A stretch of DNA of 49,614 bases, the filler included, from Trypethelium eluteriae (taxonomy: Eukaryota): assembly GCA_051942245.1 (NCBI GenBank). It is 2 parts of 2 records of this genome, joined end to end, with 100 filler letters (N's around TTAATTAATTAA, not from the genome) between each part and the next. Parts side by side here need not be neighbours in the genome. Positions count along the whole stretch, not along the records: positions 1 to 24,770 come from JAVECL010000392.1; 1 more part is not named here. One strand, written 5' to 3'. A model generated the notes under the pieces. That model worked only from the letters and a program-made list of their open reading frames with translations. It was not told where the DNA came from and ran no database searches. A program made the translations under genes and the position numbers. Of the stretch, positions 1 to 12,544 are shown one piece after another; the first letter of the stretch is position 1, and each line of letters starts with the position of its first letter.

Positions 1-577
1 TTGGGCGCGGCGGGCGCGGTGGGCGGCGAGGGCGGGCTGGAGGTCGAGGTTTGCGACGACGTCGCCGTAGACGACGAGGAAGTCGTGGGCGAGGAGGGCG
101 CGCTTGTCGAGGTCGCGCATGGCGTCGCCGATGGAGGTGGAGGTGGAGCGGAGGGGCTCGAGCTTGAGGAAGGGCGATGAGGCCGCCGTCCATTTGGTTT
201 GCTGCAGGTAGGCTTCGACTTGGTCGGTGTGTGCGCCGCAGTAGATGTAGACTTCTTCGACGCCGGCGTTGGCGAGGAACTCGAGGGTGTATTCGATTAG
301 AGGGGTGTTTGCGAGGGGGAGGAGGCACTGCGAAATCGTGAGAAATGCTGGTTTGAAGCCGTGAAAGCTGCTGTTGCTGTCGTACCCGAGGTTTTTCTAA
401 GGTGAACGGGGCGAACTTGGTTTCAAAGGAGTCTGCAAGGATCTGGTGTGATCAGTCACGCTATGCACGATAAGTCGGAAGCAGCAAACTTACGATGGCC
501 TGGAGAGGCTCTTCTCTTTCCTCCTCGCCTTGCTTGCCCTTTTCGGGGCCCGCAGGCTTTCGGTTCTTTGGAGGCAT
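1..577 (-). CDS. GCD6: Translation initiation factor eIF-2B epsilon subunit, 5' part (runs off the window start; 2 introns)
   Basis: Manual minus-strand translation from ATG at 577: MPPKNRK...EEREEPLQAI / ILADSFETKFAPFTLEKPR / CLLPLANTPLIEYTLEFLANAGVEEVYIYCGAH...SIGDAMRDLD...DFLVVYGDVVAN. This is the typical eIF2B-epsilon N-terminal nucleotidyltransferase-like domain. Confidence 0.93.
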
Positions 578-1308
578 GCTCGATTTAAGATAATGGGCGA
601 CATGGTAAGCACCTAGAAAATGCTACGTCTGCATTGTGGGAGTGGAGTTGAAGGTTTTTAGCCGTGAGTTGTCGACGTTGCTCCGGGAAGTGACTCTATG
701 CAGCAGGGGAGTTTGTGGGCCTGATGCGCTGGGAGAGGAACTTCGGACCATTCGTGGCACCCCCCGGGGCCTGGCCCAGTCCAATTCTTCGAAGGCCTAG
801 AACTCAAGGTTATTTCAACCTCAATTCTCCCGGTCTACTTCACCTTTCTTACATTCATCTCTCTCATGCTGGGAGACGTGCGAACTACATGTGCTATTCT
901 GGCGAAGCTGTTCGTCGCTTGCGGGCCACAGTCATCTAAACGCCAAACTAAGTCTTCGCGCTCTTTCACTTCGAAGAATGATGCATGATATGACGAATGA
1001 ATTCAAAGCTCTACTCAAATTCCCAATGGCTTTGGCGTTATAATCCGCTCAGTTCAGCTTCCATACACCATCAAATATCAAAACAACGCTTTCAGGATCA
1101 AGCCCATGGGTAGCCAAGCGAGCAAAAATATACAAGAAAAATTCCCATGCGTAGACATCACTTTCCGTATCTTACGCTCTGCAGAGAGAGCTGCGTACCT
1201 GCCAAACATGCTAGTAAGACTACAGCCCCAGGGAAGGGGCTGTCATGACGCGCAGAACACCGTGAGTTCTCTGCTCAAACACCTCTCAAATACTGGCTAA
1301 CAAATCGA

Positions 1309-3543
1309 TCATCTGGGTGGCTGCATCGGATTCATCTGCTGATGTGGGGGTTGCTGCATTGATGGGGCATACATCTGCTGTCTCTTCGCACTATTGTTCA
1401 AGTCGTCACCACCCGTTATGTCCGAGATCTGCCGCCGATGTTGATTCGGTCTTGGGGCGCCCATGGGTGTCTGTGGACTCGATCCGTATCCCATGGCCGG
1501 CGTCAGTCCAGGCTGCAAGCCGTACGTACCAGGATGTCCCTGAACGCTGTTCATGTAATCGTCTGGAACCGAGCTGGTAACGGGAGAGACACCTGGGAGA
1601 TGCTGGTTGGGACTGCTCCAACTACTAATGGTATTGGGGGATTTACCAGGAGAGTCTTCCTCTTTCATTGATTGCTTTGCCGATGTATGCGCCAAAGGCT
1701 GGACGGCCTGGGGTACACCCATCGCATTCAATTCATGCATAGGCTTCTTCAGATGTCCGAGGTGCTTCTCGAGCATGTTCAAAAGTCCTTCCTTCGTGAA
1801 GGGCTTAGGAAGTACATCATTCATACCTATGATACGGTCAATAACTTCCAGTCTGACATCCAACGTACGACTCACCGTGCTGGAAATACATAGAAATATC
1901 GTCGCTACGAATGTTGGACGTCATTGCAACGATCGGAGTCGAGTCGAATTGGCGAATGAGGTGACATGCAGAAACACCGTCGAGGTTCGGCATGATAATG
2001 TCCATGAGCACAAGGTCATATTTGGACCCGGCATTCAGCTTGTTGACGGCTTCGAGACCATCGAGCTTCCGATTTCATCAGCCAACATCACATTGTCGAC
2101 ATGGCACAAAACTTACAGCGCTATCGATGGAGCAATTAAAAGCATAGAGGAATTTGCCACCGATACGCCGGCAAGTTGGATCATCCTCGACAAGCAGAAT
2201 CTGCGGTTGCCTTATCCAACCGGGATCGTACTGGGCGCTCTTTTTTCGAGGCTCTTGAGTTTGATATCGAGGGTCAGTGGGCTCAGGAGGCTTGGTTGGC
2301 ATGGGGTAAGGTATGTTGTTGATGTGCTCGCTATACATGGGATCGATACCTTGAGTTTGGCCAACGGGGTAAACCATGTTATCAAGCTCACCGTACCGAC
2401 CGGATGCATTGGACGTCGCCGAAGGTGGCGCGGTGTTCCTACTCGGTGGCCTGCCTCCATTGCGTGCGTCTATGCTTGGCGGTGGTGTGGTGATCGTCCC
2501 ATTCATACGTATCGTCAACTCGTTCATATGTTCTAAGTTTCGCGGGTTTAGCATTACGTCTGCATTGGTTTCCTGCAGAAGTTTCGAGGCGTGCTGCAAT
2601 GGTGATGCCGGCTCATCCTCTTCACCAGGACCCAAGTTCTGGGGTGGCGGCTCAGTTGCCCCGTTCTGAACACCGTCCGCAGAGTGCGCGAATGGATTAT
2701 GTGTTCTACTGTCTCTTCGTCTCTGCGCATCGACCGAATGCAAAAAGCTCATCACATTCTGCATGACGTGCTCATGATTGACGACAGTCTTTTGCACGCC
2801 TATTAGTTCTTGCAATAGCATCGAATGGTGTATATTGAGCTCGTTGTATCGTTCTTGCAGCTGCTGCAATTGTTGCTGCGTAGCGACAAGCTGAGAATTC
2901 ACCAAGTCCATTTGCTGGGTAGGTACCATCTCATCTGCGGCTTGATTCGGCTTCCTCGGTGCGGGTGCTTTTCTTCGAATATTGTCAAGGGCGTCTTTGT
3001 TGTTCATCTTAAAATCAGGATGCTTGAATTCCCAAGCCTACTGCCAGTGAGCACTGTTCATTGGGTTGATAGCAGACGACCTTACCCCTGCACCATATGG
3101 TGATTGTCCATTATCTTCATTGTTGTGCCGCACTTTGTGAAAATCATATTTGTTGAGCTGCCGCACAAAACTAGCGAAATTACTGTGCTTGAAATGTTTT
3201 GGAAGTATGTGCTTTGTAAATTTCTCATTCTGCCGAAAGGTTAGTCTTGGAATGGTTGCCGAATTGTCAAGTCCCGACCTCCAATACGACGAAGCTATCT
3301 CCCTCATTGCCCCACCTTACGACGCTTTCATCAGAGGGATTCTCCAACATTCTGATCGTATCCTTTCATTAGTAGCGCATTAGGTGGAGAACTCAATGGG
3401 CGACTCACTTGTAGAGCTTGCGAACCTGCGATTGCATTAGCGGTCATTTGCCGACTCGAAGGGGACGGAGTGGAATGTAAGAGGAGACTCACGAAATCGC
3501 TGGAGCTATTAGCCCCAGCACCTCCGGCACCTCCAACATCCAT
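1309..3543 (-). CDS. SKN7: Stress response regulator Skn7/SrrA/Prr1 (HSF-type DNA-binding domain, coiled coil, receiver domain); multi-exon
   Basis: HSF motif [31 protein letters not shown], a Q-rich coiled coil, and receiver domain [18 protein letters not shown]...[15 protein letters not shown]...[15 protein letters not shown]. Assembled from ORFs 3331-3543, 3038-3307, 2078-3007 and 1309-1875. Confidence 0.95.
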
Positions 3544-5024
3544 GGTGGGGAAGTGTAATTCTGGAGGTCGAGCGGGTTAATGGCTGCTTTCACTCGGCCT
3601 AGAGAAGAGGATTGCTCGAGCTCTGTCCTGATCTTCCAAGGTCGAGGGTTGAGTATCCGGCAATTTTTAACAGCTGCAACGACGACAAGAGTCGCCACCT
3701 AGGCCGAGCTGACATTGACGGTGACGGCAGACATGGGAGGGATAGCCTAACAAGTATCAGAGGTTGCGCAGGCCGTGGGACGGTTGATTGCGACCGGGTA
3801 GGAGGGCGTGGAGGACAAGGAGTGAGGGTGGAAATCCAGGACGGCGGCGGAGATATGGATATGGGGACTAGCGGATAAGGAGAGGAACGCGAGGCCGTCG
3901 GAGAGGCAAGCAGAACCAAGTGGCCAAAAGAAGACGGTTTGATGGCGATCTCGTGGCCCAGAGAGATGGCTGCATCGGTAGTGCGCGGTCTAAGGTGTCT
4001 CTAACGCTGCTCGGTTCGCTTGACCTCAGCGGAAAGCGGGCAGGGACAGCTTAGGACCGCTTAGGGCCGCCTAGGAGCAGCTTAACGCTTCGGGGCTAGA
4101 TCAGCGCCTCCATCACACCCAAAATCCCCAAGGCCATTTCCCGCCCTCATCTTCCATCCCAATCTCAGAGGAGATCCGATCTCGTGTGGCTGAAGAATCG
4201 GTCTTCTGTCTCAAGGCAGCAAAAAAAAGCATCGCCGCCGATCATTCGCCGAGCACCCTACACTGCGCTGGCTCATGCTTCATCCTGCAAAAACCCCCCT
4301 CAACGCGCATTGATCTTATGCATACTACTCCATGGTTGATAGGACTTTGGGCTAGAGTTGAGCGCTTCTACCTGATCGAGACACCAGTTCTGGTAATGCG
4401 CGGTGGTTTCGACGTGCAGCAGGCGTGATCTCCATCTTTTCGTCTACCCTCTGGTGCCTCTTTTGAATGCGGCAAATTGTCCCGGGTGCCTGGATGGACA
4501 GTAGCGACAGACATGCGCCTGCTGCGAGTTACTACATGCGGGAGATAAACTCAGCCTCATTTGGGATAGACGAATAATGGCAACAAATTCTGTAGCCGCT
4601 ACGTTGCCCTATTTTGACTAGGGTCAGCAGTGCCGATAGCCCAAAATGTTAATAGTTCCGTGCTTGGAAACAGGAATTGTCAACCATTGTACCTGCGCCG
4701 TTATCGCTGACGTAGAATATCAGAAAAGTAAATCTACTCACGCGCATGCTTGTGTCTTCAAGGATGACACGATTACTGGATTCGTAAGGTACTTCGTATG
4801 TAGGCGGGAGGTAAGGAAGAATATTGACCCAGTTCTTTGGAAGCGACCGAAAAATCTCCCACCCCCTGAACCGTGGTCCCGAGTACGGCCGGACTGAGAT
4901 TATTGCCATTGTACAACGAAAACAAGACCTACCTAAGCACACTAGATCAATCAAGATCAATAGATCTCATCAAAGGCCATCATTTCCACCGAGTTAGTAC
5001 TCTTTCCAATTGACTTAGAACAAC

Positions 5025-5894
5025 ATGTTTGCTCTCCGCCCCCAGCCGACCTTGCTCCCGCGAGCCTTCCGCACCCATGCCTCCAAATTCCACTGCAGCT
5101 CGCGCTTAGCTGTCAACGTCGGCGACCGGATTCCCGATGTCGAGCTGATGGAGAACTCGCCGGGGAACAAGGTCAATGTGGCCAAGGAGCTCAAGGGTAA
5201 AGGATTGATCATTGGTGTCCCCGCAGCATTCTCTCCGGCCTGCTCCGCTACTCATATCCCTGGCTACATTAACTTTCAAGGGCTCAAGAATGCGGGTCAG
5301 GTCTTCGTAGTCAGTGTGAATGATGCTTTCGTGTGAGTCTAGAGCAAAGTTTTTTTTTTTCTCTTTGATTAATTCTGCGTGCTTGTTACTTCTACGTGTT
5401 CGAGATGCCAAGAAGCTGACCCGTGAATAGAATGAAGGCCTGGGCGGAAACTCTTGATCCAGGAGCGAAGAGTGGTGTAAGGCTCTCAATATTCCTTTTG
5501 TCCTCTGCATTCACTTTGCAGGCCTTATTGCCGATGCTGGGAATGCTTTTCGTCAGTAGTAACAACCCCAGATCCGCTTCCTCGCCGATCCCCACGCCGC
5601 CTTTACCCAAGCTCTCGATCTTGACTTTGACGGAACGGCCATCTTCGGGGGGCCTCGTAGCAAACGCTATGCCCTTACAATTGATGATGGCGTGGTGAAG
5701 AAAGTACATGTCGAACCTGATAACACTGGTCTGAAAGGTACGTAAATTTCCATACCTGCCGTTTCGCAAATTAAAATGGATGATCTGCCTCTTGATGAGA
5801 CTACGCCATATGGAAAGTATATATTCTATTGCAGGAAACTGACTTGCTACGAATTGCAGAATCCGTAGTAGAAAAGGTACTCGGTAGCTCGTAG
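5025..5894 (+). CDS. AHP1: Prx5/Ahp1-family peroxiredoxin with a probable mitochondrial presequence (3 introns)
   Basis: GVPAAFSPACS peroxidatic motif, VSVNDAFV/MKAW, IRFLADP, PRSKRYA; the last exon reads ESVVEKVLGSS-stop (TAG 5892-5894). The N-terminus is Arg-rich and has no acidic residues. The symbol denotes the family; exact orthology is untested. Confidence 0.88.
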
Positions 5895-6172
5895 AGCACG
5901 CTGGTATATCCGAAAACAATAATTTTTCACCTTCAAACAATCGTGATAGTGTTCGGTCAAAGGAACTCCAAATCCAGCATCAGCTTTTTGCAAGTCTGCT
6001 GGATGGCCCGTCAACGTCAGCCAAGAAGGAGCTAGACATGAGGCCACCAAATGTAGCTATTGAAATATATTACAATTCAACATGAGGATGATATCTTTAT
6101 GCTGAAAGCGTCTTTAGAGAAGCAATCCACGTTGTGCGATTAGACTTCCCCCCAAACCATCTCACTGGACTC

Positions 6173-8618
6173 CTACTCTTTCTCCTTCTTGATGAGCGCC
6201 TTGAACGTTGCTTGTGCTCGATCAATATCCTCCCAGAATCTCCGCTCCAGTTCGGGATCCAGATCAGCCGCCATCTGCATCGAAATCGCCTCGCTTTCTT
6301 GTGTGGGCATTGCTGCCTGTTCTAACTGGTCGAGGGCTTGGAGAAATATCTGCAAGTAAGGCAGCGCATTTTCGAGTAACGGCCTTTTCCGGACAAAGTG
6401 AGGTGACAGGAGCATGTATGAGAGATTGCGAAGTGAAGACACCTATTTTCCAGTTAGTTAGGCTACTACAAATCGAGAAAACGCGTGAAGAGATCTGTGA
6501 AGAGATTCCAAAAACAGCGCCATGAGAAGCTGGAGCAAACAAAGAGGTCAACACCTACATAGTGGTCATCAAAAGGCTCAAAATTCACGTAAGCGACGTC
6601 AGCAAGCGCTGAGAGAAGATCGATTATAAGAGCGTCTTGCTCATCATCCATCACGCCAGTGTAATCTTCATGTGACTCGGGATTGCCATTATTCTGCAAG
6701 CCCGGCTCTTGACGCTGCCCTTGCATCATGCCGTCCAGTCCAGCAGCAGCCACGCGGGCAAGGTCACCTGGGTCCTTACTCTGTGCGGTCGGAGCTATCG
6801 GGTTTTCAGTTTCTAGAAGACTATTGTATCCCTGAACTATGCGCACCCGAGTGCTCAGCTGATTGACGAAAAGGTCGCGGCTTTGTGTCTTGTGCTGTAG
6901 CGTGTAGCGGTAGTTTGGATCCTTTTCATTGTCGGCGGGTATGAAAAACGCCGGGTCCCGAGGCGCATCCGCATCGTTCTCGACCTTTAGTAGCCCGTTT
7001 TCGAGGGATGCACCATGCATTGCCAGTTGAGGTGGAAGTTCAGCCAGTGCTGCTTTGCATTGCTGCAAAGCTTGAATCAAGGGACCTTTAGACAGACCGC
7101 TTCGGGGATCTAGGTCTACGCTTCTTTGCGTGAGAACTCTTGAGTTGAAAGCTCGAATCAGATCAACTTCCTCTGGTTGTTGGTCCTCTACGAATGCTAG
7201 ATGGATCCGATGGTCGTCTCGCTCGACCGGTAGAGGTGGGTATCGATAGCTGTCGGATTCAGGATGAATGAGAACATCTGTGAAAGATGCATCTGACAGC
7301 CGAAGAGACCTACACAACTGCTGGTCAGTACTCAGCTTCGACTTTAAACTTGAGAAAGGGGTCATGGACGGACTGTAAAGTACTCCACAAGTTCCAGAAT
7401 ATGCGCTTGCCCATCTCCTGTGAAATAAGATCTTGGGGCATCGTCGGTGTTCGTCCAAATTCGTCCCCACTGTCTTGCTGTTTCCACGGTTTCAGTGTCT
7501 CGAGAATGATTAAACATTCACGGAAGGCGAAATGACTCCTGAGTATTTGACCGGTGAAGAAGTATGACAACCCGAGAAAATAACTGGTCGCAGCATCATA
7601 CACACTGATATCTTCTTTGAACAGATAGCCCTCGCCCCTAGCAGAGGAGCAGACTCCCTGAGATCTATAAGCAAGGCTGATACGATTTGGAAACATTCGG
7701 TCCCGCTCGCGCGGGTGATGTAGTCGTAATCTCGGCTTTCGTGGGTATGATGCAAGTAGAGCACTGATCATGGCGGCAAGCAACGCCAGAAAACTTCGGT
7801 TCGAAAAGTCATCTCGTCTTCGGAGCGATTCCCTGAAGCTGGGTTCGTGCGGAAAGGGGCACAAGGGGTATAGGTAGGTGAAAAAATCGCCGACAAGCTG
7901 ATCCAGCAGTTCCGTTGGACATATTGCTTCTGCAGATAATTGTGGGGTTGCTGAAAGTGCTGCCAGGGCTTGAGCGGCATGTGTTGGTGAGGACGGGGAT
8001 GATAAGGCCGGGTGTCCGGAAATATCCGTTCTTTTCCTTTTGATGGCCTCTGCATGTTTATTTGGGGGGCCACGCCGACGACTTGGTCGATCAAATGTAC
8101 ATGGTATGTCGAGAGAAGCGCAGGCTTTACATGGAGGACCGCTTTCATCACACTAGATTTTGCAGACATCAGTGATGCGCTCCAGCCTTAGATCATGATC
8201 CGAGCGAACTCTCACGGTGATCAAATTGTATCTTTCGAGATCTTACCTTCACCTTGCGGATGCTGCAAGAATCGCAAGCTTTGCGCAGTCGATTGGCCTT
8301 CTGATGCGCCGCATCTCCTTGCAAGTCCTGACGATGTGCATGACTTGCAGCAGCATGATTATGATAAGTTGCTTCTGCAATCCCTTGATCGGCTTTCGGA
8401 AAGTTGTATGCCAGACCTGAAGCTTGCTGCTCTTGAGATTGTTCTGCTTGCACGCTTTGGACAGCCGCGCCTGCTGCCTCAGCAGCCTCTTGTATCTGGG
8501 AGGTCGAGATTGGGGGCGCATGCTGATAAGGATTGTAAGGTTGCTGATCGGGCGTAGGAGGCGGAGGATAAGAAGAGGCCATTTGATGAATAGGCCAGAG
8601 ATAAGTCAAGCTTTCCAT
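6173..8618 (-). CDS. Zn(II)2Cys6 fungal transcription factor (multi-exon)
   Basis: RLRKACDSCSIRKVK / CDESGPPCKACASLDIPCTFDRPSRRRGPPNK binuclear cluster split by an intron, followed by a fungal TF middle region (FFTYLYPLCPFPHEPSF, EMGKRIFW). Confidence 0.9.
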
Positions 8619-8933
8619 GGTGGCCGAGTCAGTTGAGTAATGCTAAGAAATTGTAGAACTGGGTGCGGATGGAGAGTGGAGCACGGTAACGAGCCACAAA
8701 GTGATCAAGAGGGAGCTGTAAGCGCACTGACACATACACATATGGAAGGGTAAATCTTCGAAGTACGTCTAATGTGCCATAAAAGTGCACGCGCAGACAG
8801 AAGACCTGCTAAGGTACGGTCGTCGCGTAAAGCAGTGAGCGGTGCGGCGCGTTGGGGCTGACGGTATAGGCTGTCGCGCAATCTCTGGTTCACTAGAGTG
8901 TGAGCAGCAGGCAGAAGGGCAGTTTTCTCAGAT

Positions 8934-8959
8934 ACTTTGAGGACTTTGAGGACTTTGAG
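8934..8959. repeat. Tandem 9-mer (ACTTTGAGG) x~3 upstream of the Zn2Cys6 gene
   Basis: actttgagg actttgagg actttgag read directly. Confidence 0.75.
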
Positions 8960-9415
8960 CGCATAGGAATTAGGATTGAAGCTCAAAAGTCTCGCGAGTC
9001 GCGGTTGAGTGACGTCTGACGTCGCCTAATTACTTAGAGTATCTTGTACCGTACCGAGCAGCAAAGGACCCACAACGCCGCCCCTCCGCCGCTCGAGCGA
9101 TCCCAGACGATAACGCATCAGAGTAGAGTACTTGTCTTGAGTATGATTGCTCCAAGCTGTTCGAAAGGGGAACCAAACATCGTAAGATGCCTTTATAATA
9201 TATACAATCGCCACCGAATGCTCATTCACAGGCTCACCCATTCGCATTTCACTGCTCCGCACAGCCTGGGGAGCTCCTAGTAGGGTTCTGGATTGTGACA
9301 AATGCTGACCTCGTATCACTTATACGCTGGCAATCCCTACCGTTTCACAAGAGGATCCAGAGTCCGACCGTCCACTTCTATAGGAATGTCAAGCATCCCC
9401 CAAGGCCGGTCTATC

Positions 9416-12400
9416 CTAAGCAGACCTCTTCATCTTACTATCTTCCGGGTTCGTGAGCCAAGCTTCCCTCATCGCCATCCCCAGGGCCAGCGAGACTCCT
9501 CGTGCCACACCGTTAGCAATCTGCTTCCATTGAGAACTGGGCAAACCAACCAGAACCTCCTCTTCTGGAATGCCTTGGGCGCGCCTTGCCTCCTCTATTG
9601 TTAGAAGTCTATGCTCTTCCCAGTGTATAGTCCGACCAGCCTTATAGTCCCACGGGGTAATAAAAGTCGTAACCGTAGAAAATAATCCATCGGGTCTGAT
9701 CCTTCTCCAGGAGTTCTGGTTTTGTCCAAAGCGCCCCACACTGCGCGGGGCGTATTTGTCCATCTGTGGTTTAGCCACAACACTCATCTGCGATGCCGTG
9801 ATAAAGTTCGCACCGTACGGTGTAGTTGGTATCATCCCGATCAGACAGCGGTTGAACATGTTCTCAGCGCGAGATGTACGATGGTCTGGATGTCGAATGC
9901 AGACCTGGACGTGGGAATCGCCAATATACGGGAGATCTTCTGTGGCCTCTCTTGCAGTCACACAGTTAAACGGATACGCGTCTTCAAACCGGCGTTCACC
10001 GAAAGGCTGACCGTTTACAGCTTTTCCAAGCTTTGCAGGAGATATACCCGTCGGGTGCGCATGTGTGAGCGATGGATGATTGAAAGGTTCTTGCCCTGGC
10101 GCTGAACAGACAATGAAGAGACGTACACGGCTCTGTGGGTTTCCACAGGACCAAGCGTCAAGAAAAAACTGCTGTGTCTAGTACCCCATCGCGACTAACG
10201 CGCATAGGACTTGGGCAAAGACGTTTTGCCCGCCGATATCCGTTGCCATAGCTGGTACATTCTCCAGAATGCCGTACCGCGGTCGGTAAAAGTCAAGGAA
10301 AGCGATGACCGAGGCGACCATTGACGCATTTTTCTTTGACATATCGCTTTGCTTGTTCGGCTGCGCGTTGGAGAAACCTACACATGGGCTGCCTGCCGAA
10401 CATTCCTCCACTTCTCCAATCGCGGCCACATTATCCTGTCTTGATCCTGCCATTGCGTTGGACAGATAATCATCGGCAGATCCCAGGAATAGTTTGACGT
10501 CGTCGGCCTTGATATTGGCACTGTATGTATGCATCGCTTGCTTGTTGAAGTCAATCGCGTACTTCATCTCCACAGCGCCAGACTCTTCCAGTCCTCTGCC
10601 AAAACTACCTGCTCCACAAAACAGATCAAGTCCCAAAAGGGGCTTCGCTTTCGGTCTGAGCGGATCAAAGCTTTCGTCAAAAGGTAGACGGGATCCAGCT
10701 TGTAGATATTCAATAATCTCCGAGTCGCCTTCACTGCCCAGGATCTTTGCAGAAATATACCAGCAATCCGCAGTGCCGTCGCGACTATACGGTGCTGGAA
10801 TCTGTCCAAATTCTCTTTGCTTCCTTGTATATATTCGAATATGGCACTTCTTGAAAACTCTGGTGGCTTGCACAGGGCAAATCTGTTCAGTCCAACCAAG
10901 TTCATTGGGCCTCGCTGAAGGAATTTTAGCTTTCAGCCTTTTCAGTCGCTGGACCGTCACTTCCTGAAGTCCCTCAACCTCGGCTCCAATGCTGTATAAA
11001 ATACATGGTTCAAGAACACGGTTCATCTGAACCAGGACAGGATCTCCCGGCTTGTATTTCTCTTGAACCGTTGTGAGTGCTGATTTCTGGTTCGTACAAG
11101 GACATTTAAAGTCTGATTGTTGTAATTCCCGAAATGAGTATGCGCCATCTCTGGTACAATACTTCTGGCATACAAAGAAATCGGCACTGGTAGTCGGGTC
11201 GGTGCCAAACCATTCAACGTCAACGGCATGAAGCGCTTCACTAGTTAGGAGGTCAGCATCTCCACAATTGCAATGATCTGAGAAGAAAAGCTCCTTTTCC
11301 CAGAGATAAATTCCCTTCGAGAGGATGGTTTCTCCAGGTCTGTACAACCATATCACATTCAGTCTCAGCAGTTGATTGCGACATCGATCCTGCGTCACAC
11401 CTTGAACGTATGCGTACCAAGTGCTTGAGTTGTCCTTCCAGTCAGAATCCCGGTCACGCTCGATAGCAATGACGCTGCCGACTCTTATCTGACCATCGAG
11501 AAAACGCTTTTGGGGACTCTCCGTTCCTTTGGTAATGGTGGAATTGCTTCCGAGCTTAGTGAAACCCATGGTGGCTACTCGCAGTTGGTAGGTTTTGAGG
11601 ACTGCAGGATTCGTAATGTCTTTTCGCTTGAGAAAGTGCTGAAAGTACATGTGCTTAAAACATTCATACGCGTAGGGTGTAACGATAGTCATGCTCTCCT
11701 TGAATGGTTCTTCCTTGATTGCTTGCAACTGCCTGGGATCTGCTTCTAACCAAATGGGATGGTTTAGAGCGTCTGTGTCGACGGAATAAGCTTCCTTCCA
11801 AAGGAACTCGCAATAGCTAACGAAGGCCTGCCGAAAATCTTGCCGGCCGTACTCGGATAACCATCGGCTGCGCCTGAGTTCAAGAGGGGATCGACTTCGA
11901 AGCCAAGCATAGAAATCTCTTCGGAGATCCTCCAAGCGTACCGAGAGATGATAGCACAGGTAATCAACAAAGTGTTTCGCAAATTCAGCTATCCAAAGAA
12001 ACGCTTCGTGGTATCTTCGATACTCTTCAGCGGGTTCGCCTAGCGAGTACCAAATGTTTTTTGAGGCTCCTGCCGTAGATTGGATGCAAATCTCTGATAT
12101 CCGGGAACCCTTGCCATAGCCCTCTATCGTGAGTGTTGAGAAGCGTACTCTCTGGACGTACTGGCGTACATTGCCAAAGCCGATAATACCATCAAAGAAG
12201 AGGTCATTATGCCCGTGTGCAACGCAAAGTCTATGTAACGGAACAAAGTCATTCGCCCGGTCTCCATGCTCAGGTCCGTAAATGCTGAAGTCGGATAGAG
12301 CAAAGACTGTGTACTCTGTTTCCTCGATTGGGTCTGATGGGGATGCCTTTTCCTCACGGAGAGCCTGCCCTACTCGTTCCTCTTCGAGAGCCCAAATGGC

Positions 12401-12544
12401 GACCAACTCAGGTACAGGTTCTTGGGGAGGTTTCCACCCTTCATATTGTGATTTTGGAAATACGAGTTGAGATGGTCGGACGCAGTCAAGTAGCCGGCGC
12501 TTGATCGGTCTTGTCGCTGCAAGATCCTCGTCCTCTTCGCTCAT
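9416..12544 (-). CDS. dim-2: DIM-2/DNMT1-type DNA (cytosine-5) methyltransferase, single intronless frame interrupted by one in-frame TAG at 10178-10180 (possible pseudogene or recoded gene)
   Basis: BAH-type regions (WLYRPGET...KELFFSDHCNC; ARPNELGWT); motif I LDLFCGAGSFGRGL, motif IV AGSPCVGFS, motif VI ILENVP. After the stop and in the same frame come motif VIII GNPQSRVRLFI and motifs IX/X HRLLTIEEARRAQG and KQIANGV. ORFs 10178-12544 and 9416-9961 are in one frame. Confidence 0.9.

Noticed and set aside
1607..2536. 309-aa + strand ORF, and similar long antisense ORFs at 19592-20389, 23946-24689 and 27454-28077 (alternate frame)
   Set aside because: These are shadows of real genes (SKN7, OXA1, the oxidoreductase, the secreted protein) caused by codon bias, with no recognisable domains.
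10165..10185. Micro-intron that could remove the dim-2 stop codon
   Set aside because: The possible GT..AG spans are only 7-16 nt, have no branch site and would shift the frame. The flanking residues align continuously with the methyltransferase motifs.
9416..12544. Stop-codon reassignment (TAG=Gln) as the explanation for the dim-2 stop
   Set aside because: Several conserved genes here (peroxiredoxin, MAPK, SHP1, AHA1) end at TAG at their expected C-termini, so TAG is a normal stop in this genome.
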